DNA from: Rotaria socialis | Taxonomy: Eukaryota | Direction of reading: 5' to 3' | DNA length: 64,000 bases | Assembly: GCA_905331295.1 (NCBI GenBank) | Contig: CAJNYD010000035.1 | Location: forward strand, 1 to 64,000 | Part shown: piece by piece, positions 55,548 through 64,000 of the stretch | Position numbering within the stretch: position 1 is the stretch's first letter | How the letters are laid out: the number at the start of each line of letters is the position of its first letter | Position numbers and translations under genes: made by a program | The notes under the pieces: generated by a model | What the model was told of the DNA's origin: nothing | What the model saw: the letters and a program-made list of their open reading frames with translations, nothing else | The model's database searches: none

Positions 55548-58500
55548 ATGGCTGCTGCATCAATGCAACTAGTGGCTACCAAATGTCCAACAGACGAGCT
55601 TACATTCACGAACTGTGCTATAATTAATGAAAAAGATATAGATACAAAACGTGTCAGGTAATGAAAAAGCATGATGAGATTATTATATATATAATAGACA
55701 ATGATACCTTTTTTTCCTTCTCTATTTAAGACATATTGAATTATCATCGAATGTAACAACTACAAAATATATATTTACAATAGAAAAATATGGACCGATG
55801 CCACAAGGCAAAATTGGTTTCAATACTCTACAGGTAAAAGTTCTATTTTTGACGCTTCTACCATTCAGAGGCGTGTCTTTTTTCAGCGCCGATGGGCTGG
55901 CATTGAACTTGATCGACCATATCAAATTCGGCCATATGCTTTTGATAAAAATGTTCAATCTATTTCAACAGTAGTACTTGAAGTGGATTTTTTGAATAAG
56001 AAAAAGTATGAATGGTTAACTTTGTTTTTTTTTAATTGCTTTTATTTTTAGTGTAACAACTGACCCATATGATACAGATAAAATGGCAACAGAATTTTTA
56101 CAGCAATACGCCGATCATGCTTTTTCAGTCGGACAATGTGTATGTGATAGATAGTCAAAGATGAAGAAAAATTCAAAACTTTCTTTTCTTAGTTACCATT
56201 TCAATTTATGGATAAAAAAACTTTAACATTAGCTGTCAAAGAAATTGAAGGTAAGAAAGATTTCAATAAAATTTATTTTATGTTGGATTGATTTTAGCTT
56301 CTGATCTATCTGCGATCGCTCGTGGTCAAAGTTCTAAGGCACGTAAAATATCACTTGGTGTTACACTTCCAAATACAATGGTTGTATTTGAACGTGGAGA
56401 AGGCTCATCAATCAATTTAGTTGGAAGATCAAAAGGGTATGTTTGATAAATGTAAGGAATATTGAATCAAATGCAGTCAATGGTTTTTGTTTCAAATAGA
56501 AAATCTCAATTTGTTTCAATTATTAATCCAGATTTTGATTTTAAAACGATGGGAATTGGTGGTCTTGATGCAGAATTTAATGCAATATTTCGACGTGCTT
56601 TTGCTTCACGTGTTTTTCCACCTGAAGTTGTTTATCAATTAGGTAGAATTTCTTTTTTTTATTGCATTTAAAGAAAAACGATTAGAAGAAAATCAAGTTT
56701 TGTTTGATTAGGAATGAAACATTGTCGTGGTATTTTATTATACGGTCCACCTGGTACCGGAAAAACATTAATGGCTCGGTATAAAATCTTTATTTATGTT
56801 TGTATGTTAATTAAGATTATGTTTTAGACAAATTGGTAAAATGTTAAATGCTCGTGAACCAAAAATAGTCAATGGGCCACAAATTCTGGACAAATATGTT
56901 GGAGAATCAGAAGCAAATGTTCGAAGATTATTTGCTGAAGCCGATGAAGAAGAAAAACGAGTAAGCTAATTAATGATATTGACTAACAAATTCATACTAT
57001 TGGCGTTTATTTTCTAGCTTGGACCTAATAGTGGTTTACATATAATTATATTCGATGAAATTGATGCAATCTGTAAATCTCGTGGCTCTGTGGTTCGTAA
57101 AAGTTTTTTTTTTCAATATATAGAACACGATTTCCTTTTGAATAGGCAAGTGGTGCTGGTGTTCACGATACAGTTGTCAATCAGTTATTATCGAAAATCG
57201 ATGGGGTCGACCAATTAAATAATATTCTTGTTATTGGTATGACAAATCGTCGTGATATGATTGATGAAGCTCTTTTACGACCTGGTCGACTTGAAGTACA
57301 AATTGAAATCGGTTTGCCAGATCAAGCTGGCCGATTACAAATATTAAACATTCATACAGGACGCTTACGTGAAAATGGGAAATTAAGTTCTGATGTTGAC
57401 TTAAAAGAATTCAGTGAATTAACAAGAAATTTCAGTGGAGCAGAAATTGAAGGTTTAGTTCGAGCAGCAATGTCTTTTGCTATGAATCGACATATTAAAG
57501 TAAATTTTCATAAAGAAATCTACGTTTTACGTTAACAATAATTTTCGATTTGATATATTCTATAGGCAGGCAAACATGTTGAAATTGATCCAAACGCAGC
57601 AGATAAATTATTAATTTGCCGAGCTGATTTTATGCATGCTCTTGAAAATGATATTAAACCGGTATTTTTTGATAAGTAAAAATATTTCTATGAAATAAAT
57701 GATGTTTAAAATTATTTAGGCTTTTGGCGTCAGTAAAGACGAATTCGATTCATATATTTCAAATGGTATTATTGTTTGGGGACAACCTGTTACTGATGTT
57801 CTTGAAGAAGGACAATTACGTATACGTCAAACTGTTAAAAGTGAAATGACACCACTTGTATCAATTTTAATAGAAGGTATACTTTTGATAAATCAATATT
57901 TAAAAAAATACTAATCAGATAATATGTTGAGCATTGATGGAAAAGAGTCTCATCGAATCAAAGTATAGGCATCCAAGAAGATGCCATTTTTTAGGTGAAA
58001 ATTGGTATGGTTTTGACCTGGTAAAAATAAATATAACTGTAAGAGAATATTTGAAATAGAAACTCTTATTTGACATGATAAATTCTACACTATAACTATT
58101 CGTTATTTTCCCCAAGAGCTTCTCTTTGTAAGGCATGAGTGAAATCATTATTTTTTAATCTCAATCTCTTATTAACCGAAACCATCTTGTTCATTTCGAA
58201 ACACGCGAGCTATTGAAATAAAACTAAATGAACCATATTGAATACAATTATTTATTTCTTATTTCATTTTAGGACCACCAAATAGTGGTAAAACAGCATT
58301 AGCTGCTCATATTGCACTTCTATCAAAATTTCCATACTTGAAATTTTGTACTGCACAAACAATGCTTGGTTTTTCAGAGCTAGCTAAATGTCAACAATTA
58401 AAGAAAATTTTTGAAGATGCACATAAATCAACGTTATCATGTAAGTCAAGAGAAGATAGTTTTCAAGTCTCAATTGTATTTTTGCTCTGATAGGTGTTGT

Positions 58501-58994
58501 TGTTGATGAACTTGAAAGTTTACTTGAATATGCACCTGTTGGTCCACGTTATTCGAATAATGTTTTACAAACATTAAAATTATTATTGAAACGTCCACCA
58601 CCAAAAGGTCGTAAATTATTAATTATAGCAACAGCAACACATCGCGACATACTTGAACAACTCGGTTTATTACCATCATTTTCGAAAGTAGTTCACTTAT
58701 CGAATATGAGTAGCGGTAAACATATACTACATGTATTAAATGAGATTGAACATTGTTTTAATGATAACGAAATGAGAATTTTAGAAAAAAAATTGCATGA
58801 TAAAAAGTAAGTTTCTATTTTCTGTTTATTGATTATCATAAAGATATACGACTAATTTTTTTCTTCTCTTATATAGAGTATGGATTGGTATCAAATCGTT
58901 ACTTGATCAAATTGAAGTAGCACGTCAGGCAGATGAGAATTCACGTGTTCTACGATTTCTTACACAACTTGAAGAAATAGCTGGCATGACTTAA
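55548..58994 (+). CDS. NSF: Vesicle-fusing ATPase NSF
   Basis: [73 protein letters not shown]2 GPPNSGKT. About 15 short introns. Possible upstream coding exons from 54740. Confidence 0.97.
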
Positions 58995-59763
58995 ACAATG
59001 AATTACTCTTCATTTTGTTACGTAATAAATTAATTCTATACACTTTAACTAAGAGTATTTAATAAAAGAAAAAGATACATGTAAAATTGTATACATTCGA
59101 CGAGCATGTGTTTTTCCCTTGATTTCTTTTTAACTATCTTGTAATTATCAATATTATTTGTTTCTCTTCTCTTGTTTCGTGCAACAGCAGCTATGGTTTT
59201 TGTTTTTATCTACATAATTTATTTTATAATGATGACTTTTATTTACTATGGATATGAATTAGTAATTCTCTATTGTTATTTCTTTTTATTTCATCATTGT
59301 TAGAAGTATAGACATTGATCCATTGAAAGATTACACTAGTGGATAATGGAAATGCTTTTTGTCAAGTAGATACTCTGTTTGCATGTGGATTTATGACTGA
59401 TTTTAGACGATCTAAAAAAAGTACTCTTCCATTACTGTTCGATTATAAGATTCGCTATCATTCCTATATGCAGCAGAGAGTTACATCTTGTTATTAACAC
59501 CCGAGATGAAAAATACAAGACTCATTCCTGATTGTTACTCAGAGCATAATCATGCCATTTATTATATTTTATTTTATTTATGCAATATGTTTTTATCACA
59601 TTCTGTATTCTATTCATACGCTTTTTAAAAATAATTCTTCTTTGATGTATGTGTATCTCCATAGTTGATTTTATTTATTTATGTGCATCTAATTCTTTTC
59701 CGTTTTCAAAATCAAGTGAAATAATCATCTCTTTTTAGATTATTTTTAATCAAGCAAGAAAAC

Positions 59764-60149
59764 ATGGAAAAATTCAGTATAGCTCTCATTCTCTTTACTG
59801 TATTTTGGGGTTTCATTGGTATCGGTTTACCTTTTCTTATACCCAAAGGACCCCATCGACGGTAAGACTTTTAACATTTATCTTCTGCTCTTTGATTTGT
59901 ATCTTTTTTTTGTATACTAGTCTTATTCAAACTATGCTAATATTAACATCGGCTTGTTGCTGGCTCTTGTATGCTAAGAAAACATTCACAATATATATAT
60001 ATAGATATTTAACTCTATGTCGTTGTATATTTTTTTCTTATTTTAGTTGGTTATGTTTTTATCTTCATCAATGGAAACCATTATTTGGACCTCAACTAAC
60101 AAGTGCTAATGCTGGTGTATTACGCATACTTTGGGGCACAGATTTTTAA
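59764..60149 (+). CDS. ATP6V0E: V-type proton ATPase subunit e
   Basis: Three exons: MEKFSIALILFTVFWGFIGIGLPFLIPKGPHR / LIQTMLILTSACCWL / WLCFYLHQWKPLFGPQL. Confidence 0.93.
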
Positions 60150-60589
60150 ATTTAATCTCTCATTCCATATTATCGATCTGAATATATATATATATATATC
60201 ATTCGATGAAGCAATATATTTTTTTGCGTTTATATTCCATATAAATATAAATAAATGTCTTTAGTTAAACCTTTCTTATCATATAATCATTTACCTAAAA
60301 TAACCAAGATAATGTGGCCACACTTGTCTTTTTACTTTCATTCTCGCTCTCCACGTGTTTTTGTTGTAGTTTCTCTATATTTTGTCGTTTAGAGTTTACG
60401 TATGTGTAATCGAATGTGTAACTCTTTCTTTTTTTTTGTGTCAGTCAACGATATTTTAGTTCTATTAAAATGTATCTCCCAGAAAAGCAAAAATAAAAGA
60501 ATGAATTAATCCATCGATCAAATATAATATTCCAGAAATTTCAGATTTGTAGTTCACTTTTGCCTGACTTACAATAGGAGATAGCCAAG

Positions 60590-61525
60590 ATGTCGAGAAC
60601 TTTCGGTAGTCCAAAACTTTTAACAATTGTTTTATCACGCGAACATGGCTATGCAGCTGGTGTAGCTTTATCATCATGGGTTGTCTTGCAATACATGGGT
60701 ATTAATGTAATGAAAGCCCGTAAACGGTAAGAATTTATATAAATGTTATTATTTCACCAAAAATTGTCACCAGAATAACAATTGATTTGCAAGTAAACGT
60801 TTTTTTGAAACTATACTGCCCAATTCTACCTCATGTCAATTATCTTCATCAAAGATAACGAATTAAGAAAATCAGTTAAACTCTTGTAACAATGATTATC
60901 GAAAAGAAACACTACGAAATAATCTTTATAATCACAAAATAATATTGTTTTACTTAAATTTATAAAAAAATTAAGTTTAATATAATATTTTATACAATTT
61001 AATTTCAATCGTTTAGTTAAAATTACATTCTATTAGCGATTTGTCATTGTCGCATGGAAATTTTTTCTATAACTGTTTTTCATTTAGATATAATGTTGAA
61101 TATCCAGCACTATATGCACCCGACACAAATCGTCACGCAAATATATTTAATTGTAAGTTTAGCTATTATTTTATTTCTTATTAATATTTAACATTAATTT
61201 TTTAGGCATTCAACGCGGACATCAAAATACATTGGAAACTTATCCACAATTTCTTCTTATGTTAGGTTTAGGTTCAATTCAATATCCACTTATTTCTTCA
61301 ATTGGGGGTGCTATTTGGTTAATTAGTCGTATAGTCTATTTCCATGTATGAACGTTAATTTCTTTTTGTTCCACAGTTTTAATTCTTGACATTTTCTTTT
61401 GTATTCTAAAGGGTTATGCAACTGGTCAACCAGAAAAGCGTCAATATAGTGCATTCGGCTACGGTGGATTCTTTACCATGATGGGATGTGCCATCAGAAC
61501 CATTTATAATCTTGTTCGTGCTTAA
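60590..61525 (+). CDS. MGST3: Microsomal glutathione S-transferase 3 (MAPEG family)
   Basis: Four exons: VMKARKR / YNVEYPALYA...FN / CIQRGHQNTLETYPQF...RIVYFH / GYATGQPEKR. Confidence 0.93.
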
Positions 61526-62100
61526 AAGCTTCAACATCATGATCGTCGTAGAAAAAAGTTGACTATGACGTGATTCTGTGTTTTTTCTATTTTACACCAA
61601 CGAACAACTTTTCAAAACTGAAGTTTTGTCATCCTTTCCTTGTCTGTCTGTAGTTTCATCATTCACCTTGACATATTATTTTCAAAATTATGCTTTAGAA
61701 TAAATTGTCTCACCTAAAACTATTTTTCTTTTGCTGTAAAAGACCCCGCCGGATAAGAAACCTTTCTGGAATCGATATCCTTTTTATATAGTATTGTAGA
61801 GCTCGTTGAGATACATCAAATGGTATATAGGAAGTCAAGTTTTCATAACGATTTCGTGTAGTTACAGTCGATATACTATCTATACTGGCATAGAGACAGG
61901 GACGGTACTAATAGAAAATGTACACTCCTATGATCATCTCTAATGAGTGTATACAGATTTAGTTTTATAATTCAGTTAGATATAATTATGAGTGGTGCTC
62001 AATTTTTTATAATTGATAGTTTTCATCAATGGTGCTTTGCTACTGAAAAGAGTCATCTTCTATCGATGAAAGACATTAATCCACCAAAAATGCACTTTAC

Positions 62101-62888
62101 TGTTTTCAGTCCTGTGAAGCAGAACAATGCGGTAACAACGCTAAAAACTGTCCGTCATTGAGCTCTACGTATTTGATAGACCCAGTTATTCTGAGCAGTG
62201 GGTGCTTGTTGGTAATCTTAAAACTAGCGCTAAAAAATCGACTATTTTCTCGTATAGAAGCCCTAGTACATAGGCAATATTCCAGCAATGTGCACCATAA
62301 GTTTTGAAAACGTTGATGCATCTATAATCAGCAAACATTTTCCAACAGTATGACGTCAACAGATCCTTTTGAAGTCGAAAGAGAAATGTTCACTTTTAGG
62401 ATCCTGAAGGAGGGCACGGCATGCGAATTAGAAATAGTAGATCTATAATTTTTGTCCTTTCTTCTGCGAAACTCAATTTCAATCAGACATACTACATCAA
62501 CTGTAGAAACCCTGCAAGAATTTAGCAATGGATCCTCTTTATTTAAAAAAATATATATTTTCCACATTCAGGTACTCCCCTCCAGGGTCCGAAAACTGAA
62601 CATTTCTCTTTCGACTTCAACAGGATCTGTTGACATCATATTGTTGGAGAATGTTTGCTGATTATACATGCCAAAAAATGTTCAAAACTTATGCTACACA
62701 TTGCTGGATTATTGCCGATGTACTGGCACTTATATATTAGAAAATAGTCGATCCTTTAGCACTATTTTCAAGATTATCAACGAGCCCCTACTGCTCACAA
62801 CAACTTGGCCTATCAAATACGTAGACCTCAATGACAAACAGTTTTTAGCGTTGATACCGCATCGTTCTACTTCACACGACTGAAAACA
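62101..62888. mobile_element. Foldback-type element with ~320-bp diverged inverted arms
   Basis: 62101-~62420 matches the reverse complement of ~62570-62888 with scattered mismatches, e.g. GTGAAGCAGAACAATGCGGTAACAACGCTAAAAACTG vs GTGAAGTAGAACGATGCGGTATCAACGCTAAAAACTG. Spacer ~150 bp. Confidence 0.85.
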
Positions 62889-63279
62889 ACCATTCTTTAT
62901 TGTTAACGGATAAATGAATGAAATGTTTTAAGAGACTTCCAAAAGTCTTCAAATTGTTAGCACCTTTCAAGCAATCGTACAAACTATCTACACATTTCCA
63001 TCGCACTTAGTAATAATTCCTTCGATCACAAAAAAATCCCTATCATCATTGTTCTCTAATGTCTACCATACATTTCAAATTGTATCTAATGAAAAAGATC
63101 GGGAAGCTACTTGGTTAACTAATCAATTAAATGTACATCTTCTTTTGAATGAATATTTTTATTCAATTTACCACTTTTATCACACTGTGTATTAACATCA
63201 GCATGCATAGTTTTGAATTATTCAACCTAATAATAATATTTTAACTGTGACTTTGCCATCTNATTTATACGATAGAAAC

Positions 63280-63761
63280 TTACAGCGAGTCGTTTCCTCC
63301 TGCTGTCGACTAGAGAAATCTTTACAAACTTGACAGAGAAACTTGTTTAACGGTCAATTTAGTGTATTCAAGAAATATACTATTTTACCTATTGGATTTT
63401 TCATGGAGTCTGAATCGTCACATATGAAAACAATTTCATAACCACGCAGTTGATGAAGTTTCGTAGCAAAATTTTTATTAACTAAAGAGAAAAAGCAGCT
63501 CTCGTACAAGAACTGCTGTTTAAGGATTGTATTGAAAGAAAAACTTACTCGCATAGCGGTGAGTAAAGTCTTCGTAAGCGGACTTAGAATCCCGAGTCGG
63601 TTTATTGTTTGTTGATGCTGGTAAATGAGGATACATTGTTCCTGGAATAAATTGTGTGAATTGTTATCACTGTTTTCCTTATACATGAATTTGTTTATGT
63701 AATAAATGAAGAAAAAATTCCAAAATTTAATCAATGATGGATTCGTTGTGAATCTGTTCAT
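63280..63761 (-). pseudogene. von Willebrand factor A domain gene fragment (truncated or misassembled)
   Basis: KLHQLRGYEIVFICDDSDSM carries a MIDAS DxSxS motif. Donor near 63388 and a small exon DFSSRQQEETTR follow. No continuation found past the N at 63262. Confidence 0.55.
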
Positions 63762-64000
63762 TACCGCAAGTCACGAATAAAAACGAAAAGTCGCAGAAAA
63801 ATGTTAAAAAACTCAATGAACTGTTATTCGTGATAGTATAAAACAGTCGGCAATCGTAAACTTGAAATTCAACTGCTATCGCAGTCTAAAGTGCAAAAAT
63901 TTACAATAGCTCTTTTAGTCGATTTTAGGTGTTAATGGTTGTACTACAAAGTCAGTTGTGTCGAAGATAAAGTAGCATTGTTTTTAACTTGCTGGATATG

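Noticed and set aside
61725..61910. Possible transposon remnant after MGST3 (also the long introns of TAPT1, GNPAT and NSF)
   Set aside because: Composition is suggestive, but no TIR pair or TSD could be identified.
62106..62883. Paired similar ORFs on opposite strands
   Set aside because: A by-product of the inverted repeat; no recognisable protein.

Overview
AT-rich eukaryotic genomic DNA with dense genes and many 45-70 nt GT-AG introns. The gene set is metazoan, and the architecture suggests a bdelloid rotifer (Rotaria/Adineta-like); this assignment is inference only. Minus-strand genes: a giant multi-exon protein with a C-terminal kinesin-13-like motor whose catalytic motifs are degenerate, an unknown Ser/His-rich protein, an intronless LURP-one/Tub_2 protein, an ETV6/Yan-type PNT+ETS factor, a QSER1/PRR12-like DUF4211 protein, RPS23 and a vWA fragment. 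Plus-strand genes: a neuronal calcium sensor, TAPT1, and a co-oriented run ZFAND4-CEP95-DTYMK-GNPAT-NSF-ATP6V0E-MGST3. Mobile DNA: a deleted hAT element with a perfect 8-bp TSD carrying a nested hAT MITE with its own 8-bp TSD, several other MITEs, and an ~790-bp foldback element. Most notable: (1) operon/trans-splicing-like packing of CEP95-DTYMK-GNPAT (175- and 53-bp spacers, splice acceptors just before the ATGs); (2) a putative pseudo-kinesin-13 with a GKT-to-GKN P-loop; (3) in-frame upstream exons that would give NSF an N-terminal extension. Exon boundaries were read by eye and are unverified.
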